Virus record (IMG/VR): IMGVR_UViG_3300037484_000032
Coordinates: 1-51,095 of that record
Source of the DNA: a virus
Lineage: Duplodnaviria > Caudoviricetes
Length of the DNA: 51,095 nucleotides
Strand: one strand, 5' to 3'
Every line of letters begins with the position of its first letter. Position 1 is the stretch's first letter. A model generated the notes under the pieces. The model was not told the DNA's origin. It did no database searches and worked only from the letters and a program-made list of their open reading frames with translations. A program made the translations under genes and the position numbers. Shown here in pieces: positions 35,012 to 46,178 of the stretch.

Positions 35012-37501
35012 ATGGCAAAGGTAACCTCTGAAAAGAAATATGTCACCTTTGTAAAGGGACTTATTACTGAAGCCAATCCTCTTACCTTTCCAGAGAACGC
35101 CTCTCTGGATGAGGATAACTTCGACCTAAAAAGGGATGGTTCTCGTGAACGTCGCCTTGGTATTGACTATGAAGATGGATATACCTTAGTTAATACAGGG
35201 ATTACTTCTGGTATTATGGCTGGAACCAAAACCTCTTTTCATCGTTGGGATTTTCCTGGGGGTTCTGCTGATGTAGTCATTGGTGTTATTCGTGCATATA
35301 ATAAACTCTGGTTTGTAAATCTTCTTTCTCCCTCTCCTTCCTCCAATCTGTTAAATGGAGGTAATCCCATTACTATTTCCGGTCTTGCTAATGCGGAAAT
35401 AGATACAGCAACAATTACAAATTATTTTGTTATTGCTTCTAGTGATCTTACTTGGCCTGTTCTTTTGTCTTATGACAAAACGACAGACACAGTATCACAG
35501 GAAGATTTCCCTATTCAAGTTAGAGATATTTGGGGAGTAGATGATGAATTAGAAATAAATAATAGACCGGCAAATTTACTTGCGAAACATGAGTATAATC
35601 TACGTAATCAGGGATGGTCTTCTCAAATTGAAGTTCCTACAGTAATATATGCTTCTTGGCAATTAAATCATGCCTATGTTATAGGTGATATAATTACTTA
35701 TGGTGGAAAGTACTATACTTGTGTAATAGCACATACTTCTACATCAGACTCTCATAATTTTAATGGTGATATTGGTAATTGGTTAGAAGTAACTAATATA
35801 GATACATCGACAATTACACCTACTAGAGTATTCAAATACAGCTCTAACTCTTGGGATTATATAGACCAACAAGTATACTCTCCTATACTTGCATTAACAA
35901 GCACTAAAAATATACTTAATGTATACCCTAGCAATGCTGACATTTGGACATTAGGTAAAATAGGGGCATCCACTAGTACTAATTTTGAAAAATATGATGC
36001 TAATTCTCTAAAAAGAAACTCCATTGATAATACAGAAGCTCCTAAAGGGAGTTTCATTATTGATTTAAAGGCAAGAGGTTCTTCCAGAGGAATTCTTACT
36101 GGATTTACTACGTTGCCTTTGGATAGAGAAGAGGGGAATATTACTACTATTGCTGCTTATGCAGGAAGACTGTGTTACTCTGGTATAGCATCTAGTATTG
36201 TTGACAAAGATAGTAGGTCTCAAAATTTATCAGGTAGTGTTTTATTTTCTCAGATAATTGAGAACAAAAACTCTTTTGGTAAATGTTATCAAGAAGCTGA
36301 CCCAACTTCTAGTGCTATTTCTGATCTTGTAGATACAGATGGTGGTATAATTCAAATCCCCGAAGCATCTAAAATTGTTAAACTCGTTTCTGTAAAAGAC
36401 TCTTTGATTGTCTTTGCAGAGAATGGAATCTGGGAAATATTTGGAGATGCAGGTGGATTTAAAGCTACTAATTTTCAGATTTCTAAAATCTCTTCCACTG
36501 GAGTTTCCAGTCCACATTCGATTGTGGCGGCGGGAGCCTCTGTAGTCTATTGGGCTAAAGCTGGTATTTTCGCTTTAACTTCTAATCCTACTACCGGTAG
36601 ATATGAGTCTCAAAGCCTTTCTTTGACAACTATCCAGACATACTACGAGGAACTCTCTGATCTAACTAAGAAGTATGCACGAGGTTTCTTTGATGAAAGA
36701 GAGAATCATATTCGTTGGATATATAATGATACTGCTGATTATGCAGAAGATGTGAATGTCAATTCGTATAATCGAATCTTAAACCTAGATATGACTTTAC
36801 AGGCATTTTATAAGTACTCCATAAGTTCTCTTGGTACTAGTTCTCCTATAATTTCTTCTTTTGTAGATATTCCTCAGAATGTCTCTGGTACTGCTGTAGC
36901 AGATGTATATGTAGACAATGACCCTGTACTTTCAGTAACAGACCAAGTACAGATTAATGTATCCTCCACCACAGCGAGAACAAGTAGATACAATTTCCTT
37001 ACCTTTGTTGGTTCTAGTTTTACTCTCAGTAAATTTAAAGAACCCTCCTTCATGGATTGGAAATCTGTTGATGGTGTAGGCGTAGACTATTCTAGTTATC
37101 TGATTACTGGCCATGAAGTGTTTGCTGACACAATGAGGACTAAACAAATTCCTTACATCTGGTTCTATTTCACTAGAACCGAATCTGGATTTGAATTGGA
37201 TGATCTTGGAAATATTGTGGCAAAAACACAATCCTCTTGTCAAGTACAAGCAAGATGGAATTGGGCCAATAGTGATGTACAAGGAAAATGGGGAACTCAA
37301 TTCCAAGCATACAGATACTTGCGTCCATATATTCCTTCTGGTCTTGCTGATACCTATGACACAGGAGATTCTGTAATCGTTACTAAGAATAAATTCAGGG
37401 GAAGTGGAAAATCAATTTCTATTAAATTCCAATCAGAACAAGGTAAAGACATCAAACTTCTTGGTTGGGCTTTGATTGTAACTGGAGACGGCACACCGTG
37501 A
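35012..37501 (+). CDS. Tail tubular protein B / nozzle (beta-propeller-type) with inserted CBM5/12-like module
   Basis: 829 aa, beta-rich, synteny; insert WQLNHAYVIGD..YYTCVIAHTS. Confidence 0.75.
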   Translation: MAKVTSEKKYVTFVKGLITEANPLTFPENASLDEDNFDLKRDGSRERRLGIDYEDGYTLVNTGITSGIMAGTKTSFHRWDFPGGSADVVIGVIRAYNKLWFVNLLSPSPSSNLLNGGNPITISGLANAEIDTATITNYFVIASSDLTWPVLLSYDKTTDTVSQEDFPIQVRDIWGVDDELEINNRPANLLAKHEYNLRNQGWSSQIEVPTVIYASWQLNHAYVIGDIITYGGKYYTCVIAHTSTSDSHNFNGDIGNWLEVTNIDTSTITPTRVFKYSSNSWDYIDQQVYSPILALTSTKNILNVYPSNADIWTLGKIGASTSTNFEKYDANSLKRNSIDNTEAPKGSFIIDLKARGSSRGILTGFTTLPLDREEGNITTIAAYAGRLCYSGIASSIVDKDSRSQNLSGSVLFSQIIENKNSFGKCYQEADPTSSAISDLVDTDGGIIQIPEASKIVKLVSVKDSLIVFAENGIWEIFGDAGGFKATNFQISKISSTGVSSPHSIVAAGASVVYWAKAGIFALTSNPTTGRYESQSLSLTTIQTYYEELSDLTKKYARGFFDERENHIRWIYNDTADYAEDVNVNSYNRILNLDMTLQAFYKYSISSLGTSSPIISSFVDIPQNVSGTAVADVYVDNDPVLSVTDQVQINVSSTTARTSRYNFLTFVGSSFTLSKFKEPSFMDWKSVDGVGVDYSSYLITGHEVFADTMRTKQIPYIWFYFTRTESGFELDDLGNIVAKTQSSCQVQARWNWANSDVQGKWGTQFQAYRYLRPYIPSGLADTYDTGDSVIVTKNKFRGSGKSISIKFQSEQGKDIKLLGWALIVTGDGTP

Positions 37502-37983
37502 TAAAGTTTATCATTACAGGACTTCCACGTTCTGGTACTACTTGGCTTTCTGTGTTTCTGACTACTGATGATTGTGTTTGTTTACATGACCCATTTGCAA
37601 CATATACTCCAGAAGAACTAGCAAAATGGGAAGGTGGTGTTAGTGATACGGCTCTTTGGTATTATGATGATTGGTGTAAAGCAAACACAGATAAGTTTAT
37701 CATCATAGATAGGAGTAGAGAAGATGTTGCAAAGGCACTATCTGAAAAATCCTTACCTACACTACCTGAAGAAGTCTATGACACATTCGCACAAAAGACA
37801 AGTGAAAAAAGGATAATGTTTGAAGTTTTGTTTGAGGAAGAAACTATACAAGAACTATGGGAATATATCTATCCAGAGAAACCATTTAATAGAGATAGAT
37901 GGTTGCAATTAAAAGAAATCTATATGTCCCCAACCGTAGTAGAAAGACAACATGAAAAATCTAAAACACTTACAGAAGTTTAA
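37498..37983 (+). CDS. Sulfotransferase-like P-loop protein
   Basis: FIITGLPRSGTTWL 5'-PSB-like loop, CLHDP; GTG start overlapping the upstream TGA. Confidence 0.6.
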   Translation: MIKFIITGLPRSGTTWLSVFLTTDDCVCLHDPFATYTPEELAKWEGGVSDTALWYYDDWCKANTDKFIIIDRSREDVAKALSEKSLPTLPEEVYDTFAQKTSEKRIMFEVLFEEETIQELWEYIYPEKPFNRDRWLQLKEIYMSPTVVERQHEKSKTLTEV

Positions 37984-38542
37984 AGGCAACCCTAAAAAGT
38001 ATCAGGGGGGTTTTATTGGTGCAGCAGCTCTTGTAGTTAGTATTATTGGTCTGGGTGTTTCCTATGAACAGGGACAACAGGCCGCTTCTTCCGCTGAAGA
38101 ACAATCTAGGGCTAATGAAAGGGCTAGACAAGCTTCTGAACGTGCTGCTAATGTACGTGCCCAACAGGAAAGAATTAAGACACAAAGAGAGGCTAGAATA
38201 GCTAGGGCACAACTTGTATCTGGTGCTACCTCTGCTGGGGCTGGTGTTGGTACTTCTGCTCTTTCTGGTGGTAAAGGTTCTATCTCTTCTCAACTTGGAG
38301 CAAACATTGGTTCTATCAATGTAGCACAAGATTTTGCAAGTCAAGCCTCCACAGCAAATCAACAAGCAGCTACTGCTGGTGCTGAGTCTACACGTCATCA
38401 AGCCATTGCTTCTCAATGGCAAATGATTAGTAATACAGGATTCTCTATCTTCCAACAGAACAAACCACAAGTAGCAAAGGCACAAGCAACTACTCCTGCA
38501 AGAACTATTGGAGTTGATGAATTCTCTACTTATTTCAAATAA
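37952..38542 (+). CDS. Internal virion (ejection) protein, T7 gp14-like
   Basis: Hydrophobic N-terminal segment, Ala/Gln/Ser-rich helices, synteny. Confidence 0.6.
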   Translation: MKNLKHLQKFKGNPKKYQGGFIGAAALVVSIIGLGVSYEQGQQAASSAEEQSRANERARQASERAANVRAQQERIKTQREARIARAQLVSGATSAGAGVGTSALSGGKGSISSQLGANIGSINVAQDFASQASTANQQAATAGAESTRHQAIASQWQMISNTGFSIFQQNKPQVAKAQATTPARTIGVDEFSTYFK

Positions 38543-38547
38543 TAAAA

Positions 38548-41500
38548 ATGTCCATCACAATAGATGATATTCCTGTTGTAAATAAACAAACTCCTGTAAA
38601 AGAGAGTGATATTTATTACGCCTCTAATTTAGCTGGAGGTAGTCCTGTAGAGAACTATCTTAATGCCAAGCAAGAAGTTGCTATGACAGGGGATTCTACA
38701 CTTGTAAATCAAGAGAAGGTTAAATGGGCACAAGAGCAAGCAGACAGAAATCATACCACTGTTTCAGATATGATTTCCGATAATACTCTTCCTATTGAGA
38801 CCCGTCGAAAAGTAATGGAAGCCTATGTACAAGGAGCAATCCCTGTGCAAGACTTGCGCGACAAATTCATGATTAACGCCGCAGTTACCGATGTCTCTCG
38901 TGATGTTGAAGATAGAGAAGCACAAGATGCTACTGCTGATGCTCTCTACCAACGAGACTTGGAGAAATCAAATGCAGCTAAACAACAAGCTATTGAAGAG
39001 GGTGCAATTAAACTTAGTGATATACTGGCTGGAGCACAAAAGTCTGCTGCAACTATTAGCAGTGGACTTGTGCTTTCTATTCCTGCTGGTCTCATTGGGG
39101 TAGCCTCGTTACTCCTTGAACAAGACCCAGATAAAGCAGCCGAACTTGTAAAGATTATTCAAGGTTATGCTTATACACCTAAAGACGAAAATACCAGTGA
39201 TAAATTATCAACGGAGTTGACTCAAAAAATAAGTGAACTCTCTGAGACAATAGATGTCCCTTTTAAATGGATAGGCGACACAGTTCTCACATTGCCTTAT
39301 GCTTATGTTGAGAATGGTGAAGTTAAAACAGTCCCTCTCGGTCCTGAATTTGCTGCTGCTGCTTACACAGCAGGAGAGGCAGTAGGGTATATTGGTGGAT
39401 ATAATATTGCTAAAGCTGTCCTAAAAGGAAAACCTAATGTTCCTACTGGTTCTCCTATGGATACTATTGAGACTGCCTCTAAAGAGCAAGCCTCTAATTT
39501 AACTGCTCGTGCAATGGCGGATGAGTCTGGTCGTATTGCAACTGGTGTTGGTTCTACTAAAGAGCAACTCCTGAATACCTATGTTCTTCCAAAGGTAAAG
39601 GATGAGTTTGGTCCTATTCATCCTGATGCTCGTGAAGCTATCAATGCTATGGATAAACGTCTGTATGCTGTTGCAGCAGAGACTGAACTCAATGCCAATG
39701 TGTATCCTGTATCTCAGATTCTTTCTGAAAGAGAGTTGTATACCAAGATTCTAACTGAACAAGAACGTCCTCATTTGTTGTTATCTTCTTCTATTCTGGA
39801 TATTCCGGCAGAGACTAAACTGTATGGACGCTCTGGTAAGGACTATGAGGCTCTTGTAGACTCCACAGCTACTAAGTTGGAAGGTACTGCTGTGTTTGGT
39901 CGTAATGCTAACTTTGGTTACAAGACTGAGGCTGGTGCAGCCAAGTATATGAAGAAGTTGGAAGAGAGCGTTAAACATCTTCCTGACCCTGGAAAGTTTG
40001 AACTCCTGAAGAGAAACGATCAGTTCTATATCTCTTGGAAGTTTACTCGTACCTATGTTCCTCATGAATCTCTAGCTTTCGGTGACGATGTTCTTTCTGC
40101 TCATCTGTTCTCTAAGAGCATTGATATTACTGACTTTGCTAATGGTACTATTGGTAAGCACATATTCCCTGCGTACATGCGTATGAAGGAAGAGATTCCT
40201 ACTACTGGTGCCTCTGCTGCCCGTGAAGAATCTCGTGTTGAATCTACCTTCCTTCGTGAAGCACGTGATACCTTTATGAAGACCCAACATCCTAAAGAGT
40301 TGGAATCTACTCTTCGTATGGGTGAAGAACAAGGAAAGAGTTTTACTGCTGAAGATATTCAAATGCAGCATCCTCATCTCACTAAAGTTGAGACTGATAA
40401 GATTCATGGTGAATATGTAGCATATCGTCGGATTGTTGACCATCTGTATAATATGACGGATAGACAATTCCGTAAAAATCTTGTTGACAAAAACATGAAA
40501 ACCCTGTATAATAATAAGGGTGAGTTCGTTGGACATGCTACAGAACCTCTTAAAGAAATTCCTGATGGCGTAACGCATGTATACGACTTGGATTCTAAAT
40601 CTGTAGTTAAGATTAATAAGGCCCTTCCTGTAATTCAAATGAACTCTCCTATTCGTGTAGGAGACCATATTGTTAATTACGCACACATGCCCTCTACTTA
40701 TCAACTAGGTCCTGTCCGTGCAGGTGCATTGACAAAGATTCCTGGTTACATTCCTCGTTCTTATAAGGAATGGTTTGTAGTAGATAGAGTTCCTAATGCT
40801 CTGTGGGTTGATGGTAAGAAGATTGCTACTGACCAATTGCGTAACTACAAACAAGCTGTGGCTATGGCAGGTACAAAAGCCGAACTTGATACTTTGGTTA
40901 CTAGGCTTCAGAAAGAGAAACCTGACTATAAGTATGAGGCACGTAAAGAAGAAAAGGACATCAATGATAAAATCATGCACGATAGCGAAGTATACGATAC
41001 TTATTTGAAGCAGATTCACCAGCGTGGTGACCGACTGCCTTCTCTGAATCGTCCTGCTGAAGTAGAAGACGTGCTTGTTGCTTTGACTAAAACTATTCGT
41101 AGTGTCTCTAAAATGGCTGCATGGGATGACTTGAATAGGGTTCGTAGAGATAATTTTGTAAAGGCTTATGGTGATTTTACTGACCATAAATTCCCTCAAC
41201 AAATAAATGAGATTCGTCCTAAGAAACACATGACTCCCAAAGAAGAACGTGACTTCTTGGCTGCTCAAAGTGTGTATGCACAAATGGAACGTGAGCAAAT
41301 CTCTTCTACTCAATCTGATATTGTATGGCGCAATGGTTGGAATAAAGTCGCCGATGTAGTAGAAACTAAAATGGATGTAGACGCTCACATTCTCCGTGAA
41401 TGGGGTGAGAAAGGATTTATTCCTGCTCGTACTATTAAAGCTTTTGGTTCAAATCTTTTCCTGTACTGGAGACCTATGCGTATGTGGGTGATTCAACCCC

Positions 41501-43101
41501 AACAATGGAAGGAACTTGTTCTTGTATCTCCTTCTTACGCAAAGCATTTGTCTGAAATTGTTCCTATCACCAATGGTTTGCTAACTCGGACACACACTCT
41601 TAAAGGACTGAAATCCCTTTCTGATAATATTGGTCGTAAAACAGTACAGGACTATGACGCTGTAATTGCTGCTCTTGAAGAGTCTGGTATTGTTCAGTCT
41701 GTTGATATGAACCAAATGGTGCATGGTATTTGGAAAGATGCCACTAAGGAACTTGCTCCTAAACCTGAAAAGGGAGTTCTTGGAAGCACTAACAAACTAA
41801 TTGAATCTATCTCTGATGCTGCTGGAGTTCCTGGAAAAGTTGGTCGTGGTATTGGTTACAATCCTTCTGAACTTCTGAACCAAGTATCTATTTGGTTGTT
41901 TGCTCGTCATCGTTGGATGGAGAAGAATCCAGGTAAGAATTGGAATACTCCTGAGAATCGTGCAACTATCGCTCGTGACCAATCTTTGTATGGCCACATG
42001 AGTTCCACTCGTGCTGGTATGTATGGTTGGCAAGAAGGTATGATTAGTACTTTCACTCAGTTCGTAGCCATCCCTTGGAAATCTACTCTCCAGATGATTA
42101 GTTCTAAGCAGTTCTCTGGCCCTGAGAAAGCACGCCTTGCTGGTGCTAGATTGTTCTGGTATGGTAAGTATGGTATCCCTCTTGGATATGTAATGTATCA
42201 GTCAATGGAAAAGAATCTGGAAGAAAAGCAAGACCGTGAAACTCTTGCTGCTTGGACAGAATCTGCAACGGATAGAATCTGGAATGCCACCTTGCAGGCA
42301 ATGTTTGATGCAGGTAATGAGAAGACTAAGGTAGACACCAAGAATCTCTCTACTTCTATTGATGGGGAATATGTTTGGGATGTAATCAATACACTGTATG
42401 AAATGGGTAAAGGGAATACAGTTGAGACTCCCAAGATTACTTTCCCATATGAGAATGCTACTGGTTCTCTCTTCGAGGCTGTACGTACTCTGTATGACAT
42501 CTTCAAGGTAAATGATGCTGGTCCTGCAGACATGGAGAGTTGGAAGGCTGCTGCTTGGAAGTCTGTTTCCTTTGCTGGTACATTCTCTGACTTTAACAAA
42601 GCAATGTTGGCTGAGGGAATGAGCAAGGCAGGTAATCAGAGTGGTTATCAACAAACTCGTGGTGAGGCAGTAGCGAGACTCTTTGGTATTCCTCCCGCAG
42701 AAGAGACTATTCTGAATATGGCAAGTCTCTCTCAAATCAAACGTCGTAAAGAGATTGAGAATACTGCCAAACAGATTCATCAACGTCTGATTGCTGTGAT
42801 GAATGCCAAGTCTGTTGATGAGAAGGATGAACAGAAAGAGTATCTTGATGGTCTGCAATCTTTCTTGCAAACTGTACCTGAGTACTATAAAGATGAATTG
42901 ACCAAGGAAATCTTTAAACTTGATCGTAGAAGTTGGAAAGATAAAAAGGAATCTGTTCTGTTGAATCTGTATCGGAATGGCGCGGATGCTCGTGACTCTA
43001 AATACTTGGAAATGCGTAATGCTCTTGAAAAGAGTCAAGACCCTGAGATTAAGTCTATGTTGAAAGACTTGGAAGAAATTAAACAACGGAGTATCAAATA
43101 A
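38548..43101 (+). CDS. Large internal virion (ejection) protein
   Basis: 1517 aa, helical, podoviral position. Confidence 0.7.
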   Translation: MSITIDDIPVVNKQTPVKESDIYYASNLAGGSPVENYLNAKQEVAMTGDSTLVNQEKVKWAQEQADRNHTTVSDMISDNTLPIETRRKVMEAYVQGAIPVQDLRDKFMINAAVTDVSRDVEDREAQDATADALYQRDLEKSNAAKQQAIEEGAIKLSDILAGAQKSAATISSGLVLSIPAGLIGVASLLLEQDPDKAAELVKIIQGYAYTPKDENTSDKLSTELTQKISELSETIDVPFKWIGDTVLTLPYAYVENGEVKTVPLGPEFAAAAYTAGEAVGYIGGYNIAKAVLKGKPNVPTGSPMDTIETASKEQASNLTARAMADESGRIATGVGSTKEQLLNTYVLPKVKDEFGPIHPDAREAINAMDKRLYAVAAETELNANVYPVSQILSERELYTKILTEQERPHLLLSSSILDIPAETKLYGRSGKDYEALVDSTATKLEGTAVFGRNANFGYKTEAGAAKYMKKLEESVKHLPDPGKFELLKRNDQFYISWKFTRTYVPHESLAFGDDVLSAHLFSKSIDITDFANGTIGKHIFPAYMRMKEEIPTTGASAAREESRVESTFLREARDTFMKTQHPKELESTLRMGEEQGKSFTAEDIQMQHPHLTKVETDKIHGEYVAYRRIVDHLYNMTDRQFRKNLVDKNMKTLYNNKGEFVGHATEPLKEIPDGVTHVYDLDSKSVVKINKALPVIQMNSPIRVGDHIVNYAHMPSTYQLGPVRAGALTKIPGYIPRSYKEWFVVDRVPNALWVDGKKIATDQLRNYKQAVAMAGTKAELDTLVTRLQKEKPDYKYEARKEEKDINDKIMHDSEVYDTYLKQIHQRGDRLPSLNRPAEVEDVLVALTKTIRSVSKMAAWDDLNRVRRDNFVKAYGDFTDHKFPQQINEIRPKKHMTPKEERDFLAAQSVYAQMEREQISSTQSDIVWRNGWNKVADVVETKMDVDAHILREWGEKGFIPARTIKAFGSNLFLYWRPMRMWVIQPQQWKELVLVSPSYAKHLSEIVPITNGLLTRTHTLKGLKSLSDNIGRKTVQDYDAVIAALEESGIVQSVDMNQMVHGIWKDATKELAPKPEKGVLGSTNKLIESISDAAGVPGKVGRGIGYNPSELLNQVSIWLFARHRWMEKNPGKNWNTPENRATIARDQSLYGHMSSTRAGMYGWQEGMISTFTQFVAIPWKSTLQMISSKQFSGPEKARLAGARLFWYGKYGIPLGYVMYQSMEKNLEEKQDRETLAAWTESATDRIWNATLQAMFDAGNEKTKVDTKNLSTSIDGEYVWDVINTLYEMGKGNTVETPKITFPYENATGSLFEAVRTLYDIFKVNDAGPADMESWKAAAWKSVSFAGTFSDFNKAMLAEGMSKAGNQSGYQQTRGEAVARLFGIPPAEETILNMASLSQIKRRKEIENTAKQIHQRLIAVMNAKSVDEKDEQKEYLDGLQSFLQTVPEYYKDELTKEIFKLDRRSWKDKKESVLLNLYRNGADARDSKYLEMRNALEKSQDPEIKSMLKDLEEIKQRSIK

Positions 43102-44852
43102 TGGCTGATTTTTCTGTAAAAACAACTGGACTTTCTGCACCTGACTTGCGTGCAGCTTCTAATGTCTCTCCTGGTGTACAAGATAATTCTGGTGCTATGA
43201 GAATTGGTAATCTCACGAATCTTATTAAAGGTGGTTCTGAGATTACTGGAGAAGTCTATAAGCAAGCTCAAGTTCAAGATTTTAGTACTGCTACTCAAGA
43301 CACTATCCAACAGTATATGGATATGCGTGAAAATCCTGAGTTGGCTAAAGGTTCTCTCACTGGTGCTGCTGCAACTGATGTGCAATCCTCTTTATTCCCT
43401 CAAAGTGGGGAACAACTCTCATCTGTTGAGAAAGCACAGAAAGAACGATTGTCTACCTATCAACAAGCCTTGTCCGAAGGTGTGATGACTCCTGATGAGT
43501 TCTCTGATAGGGTACTCTCCAATCTCCGTGAAGCTACCAATAAGAATCCTGGTCTATATCAAGAATTGAAAGCAGAAGCTGCTCGTGTTCTTGAACTCTC
43601 TGGTATCACTGGTATTGTTAAATCTGACCAACTCCAAGCTGAAGCTAAACAGAAACAAATTGAAAATCTTCTAAAAGATATGCAGGAGCGTGCTCGTAAA
43701 GAAAACATATACTATGATGTCACTACTTCCTATTGGGATTTAGCACAGCAGGTAGAACACGCTGAAAAAGGTACTCGTTCTTATAATATGCAAGTACGTG
43801 GTGCAGAACAGTTTAAGATGCTTAGTCAAGAACAAGCTCGTAAATGGGTAGAAACTAATGGTAATGATGTAGTTCGTGGTGGTCTTTCTAATGCAAACAA
43901 TGTTGTCTTTAATATGATTGACAATCTTGGCATCACTGCAGATTCCTATCCTAAGTATAAAGCACAACTGTCTTCTCAATTCGATGGATTGAAAGAGGTG
44001 TTCCGTGCTTCTATTCCTGTAAATATCCTACAAGACCCTAATGTACAAGCAAATCTCAAAGCTTACAATGATGGTCTTGATTCTGTTCTTAAACGCTTTG
44101 ACAATCTTGTAACAGGAGAAGATTTCAAGAAAGTTGCCTCTAATGAATTCGAGATTTTGAAGATGAGTCAAGAAACTCATCTGAGAAAAACCGTGGATGT
44201 CCCCTCCATTGAACTCTCTACCAAACTGGCAGCGGCAGTTCCTGGAATTGTAACTCAATCTCCTGAATATCGTCAGAAGATTTATGATGCCGGTGTAGCT
44301 ATTAGTCAAGGAAACTATCAGTCTCCTGCTATTCAGGAAATGGTGCCTAAGAGCACTAAAGATAACAAGAGTGCCTCACTTATTAAAGGTGCCATCAATG
44401 TTGGTTTAGAGTCCGGTGATTACACTGGCTTTAATAGGACTCTCGAAGCTGTGAATACTACAACTCCCAATATCGAGAATCCTAAAACTCGCCTCCAGTT
44501 CTTGTATAACAATCTGTCTGCTATTGCTGAACAGAAACCTATGAAACTTGATGTGGCAACTATTGGTAAAGTTGAAACTTCTATAGGACAACTCTTGCAT
44601 GACAACAATTTCGGAATTGAAACACTCAATGAAACAAGTGCTGGAAAGAAAGTTAAAATGGATGTTCTACCATCCGGCCACCTTATGTTTACTGGAGAGG
44701 ATGCAGGTAAATTCAATGCAACCTATGCTAACAATATCAACGTCGCCCTACGTGCCTATGCCAATGCACACAATCAAACGATGTCGGAAGCAGCTAAACG
44801 GTTTTATCCTAAGTATTTTAGTGGTATTGTCAACTCTGGTGCTAATAAATAA
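43101..44852 (+). CDS. Internal virion protein
   Basis: 583 aa, helical, Gln-rich; TAATG coupling. Confidence 0.65.
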   Translation: MADFSVKTTGLSAPDLRAASNVSPGVQDNSGAMRIGNLTNLIKGGSEITGEVYKQAQVQDFSTATQDTIQQYMDMRENPELAKGSLTGAAATDVQSSLFPQSGEQLSSVEKAQKERLSTYQQALSEGVMTPDEFSDRVLSNLREATNKNPGLYQELKAEAARVLELSGITGIVKSDQLQAEAKQKQIENLLKDMQERARKENIYYDVTTSYWDLAQQVEHAEKGTRSYNMQVRGAEQFKMLSQEQARKWVETNGNDVVRGGLSNANNVVFNMIDNLGITADSYPKYKAQLSSQFDGLKEVFRASIPVNILQDPNVQANLKAYNDGLDSVLKRFDNLVTGEDFKKVASNEFEILKMSQETHLRKTVDVPSIELSTKLAAAVPGIVTQSPEYRQKIYDAGVAISQGNYQSPAIQEMVPKSTKDNKSASLIKGAINVGLESGDYTGFNRTLEAVNTTTPNIENPKTRLQFLYNNLSAIAEQKPMKLDVATIGKVETSIGQLLHDNNFGIETLNETSAGKKVKMDVLPSGHLMFTGEDAGKFNATYANNINVALRAYANAHNQTMSEAAKRFYPKYFSGIVNSGANK

Positions 44853-44853
44853 T

Positions 44854-45744
44854 ATGGAACTATCTAATAATTTTAAAGGTATTATGGGGGAACAAATAGA
44901 AATTCCTTCTGAGGAGACTATGTCTGCAATGTCACACTCTCAATTAGCTGGACTTAGAAATGCTAATTCAGATAATCCAAAGGCACAAGAGTATTTAGCC
45001 CCTTATGAACATAGAGCTTTCTCTAGAGAATGGGTCTCAGAGTCTGGAGTAAATGCAATTCCTCTTGCTATAGCTATCCCTGCCTATTCAGCAGCTAAGG
45101 CTACAGGAGTAGAGACTATTGCAAAAAAAGCAGGTTTATTAGAAGATGATAAACAAGAAGCTACTCCTACTTCTTTAGCACAAATTAAACAGGGGTTTAT
45201 CGGGATAGGGGAGGGACTTAAAGCTTATTTTGTAAAAGAAGAATCACAACCAATTATACGAGAAGTTTCTCCTGAAGTACAAAAACAATTAGATATTCGT
45301 AGTAAGGTAGAGAATATTCTTCCTAGTTTAATTAAGACAGAGTCTACAGGTAAACATAGGGATGCTAGTGGTAATCTAATTGAATCTGAGGTTGGTGCCA
45401 AGGGCATCACTCAAGTTCTCCCACAGACAGCAAAAGACCCAGGATATGGTATTAAACCTTTACAGAATGATAGTAAAGAAGAATATATCCGATTTGCCAA
45501 AGACTATCTAGGAAAGATGATTCATATCTTTGATAATGTAGAACAAGGTATTGCAGCTTATAATGCTGGCCCAGGAGCTATCCATCGTGCTATCTCTAAG
45601 GCACAACGAACAAAAAGGGACTGGAAAGAGTTTATTCCAAAAGAGACTAAGCAATATATACAGAAAGTAAACTATACTCCAGATAGTTCTGAGGCTACAA
45701 GCCATAAACCACAAGTAACTGATGTTATGGGATTTAGAGGTTAA
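44854..45744 (+). CDS. Lytic transglycosylase (SLT domain), probably virion-associated
   Basis: TES..GAKGITQVLP.TA..IAAYNAGPG..ET..Y. Confidence 0.85.
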   Translation: MELSNNFKGIMGEQIEIPSEETMSAMSHSQLAGLRNANSDNPKAQEYLAPYEHRAFSREWVSESGVNAIPLAIAIPAYSAAKATGVETIAKKAGLLEDDKQEATPTSLAQIKQGFIGIGEGLKAYFVKEESQPIIREVSPEVQKQLDIRSKVENILPSLIKTESTGKHRDASGNLIESEVGAKGITQVLPQTAKDPGYGIKPLQNDSKEEYIRFAKDYLGKMIHIFDNVEQGIAAYNAGPGAIHRAISKAQRTKRDWKEFIPKETKQYIQKVNYTPDSSEATSHKPQVTDVMGFRG

Positions 45745-45746
45745 TC

Positions 45747-46166
45747 ATGAAACTTACTCTTATTAGAACTAAATATACTGATAAATCTACTACAGGAATT
45801 CTGTATATAGATGGTATTAAAGAATGTTACACCTTGGAAGATAAGGTAAGAGAAATTCCTATTGTTCCAATTAGTTTCTGGAAGAAAGCAGGAATAACAG
45901 CAATACCTCGTGGAACCTATAAGATAGTGATAAATATGTCCCCAAGGTTCCATAAGGAAATGCTAATGTTATTGGATGTGAAGGGATTTAATGGAGTAAG
46001 AATTCACTCCGGAAATGTAGCAGAGGATACAGAAGGATGTATCTTGGTAGGAACTACAGTTGGTACAGATAGGGTAAATCATTCTGTGGACGCAATGAAG
46101 CTCTTGTATCCAAAGATTAAAGCGGCCCTAGATAAAAAGGAAGAAGTCTCTATAACCATTAAATAA
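45747..46166 (+). CDS. DUF5675-like L,D-peptidase-fold protein, putative endolysin
   Basis: YTLED, AIPRGTY, RIHSGN..DTEGCILVG (His/Cys). Confidence 0.75.
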   Translation: MKLTLIRTKYTDKSTTGILYIDGIKECYTLEDKVREIPIVPISFWKKAGITAIPRGTYKIVINMSPRFHKEMLMLLDVKGFNGVRIHSGNVAEDTEGCILVGTTVGTDRVNHSVDAMKLLYPKIKAALDKKEEVSITIK

Positions 46167-46178
46167 AAAGAGAAAATC

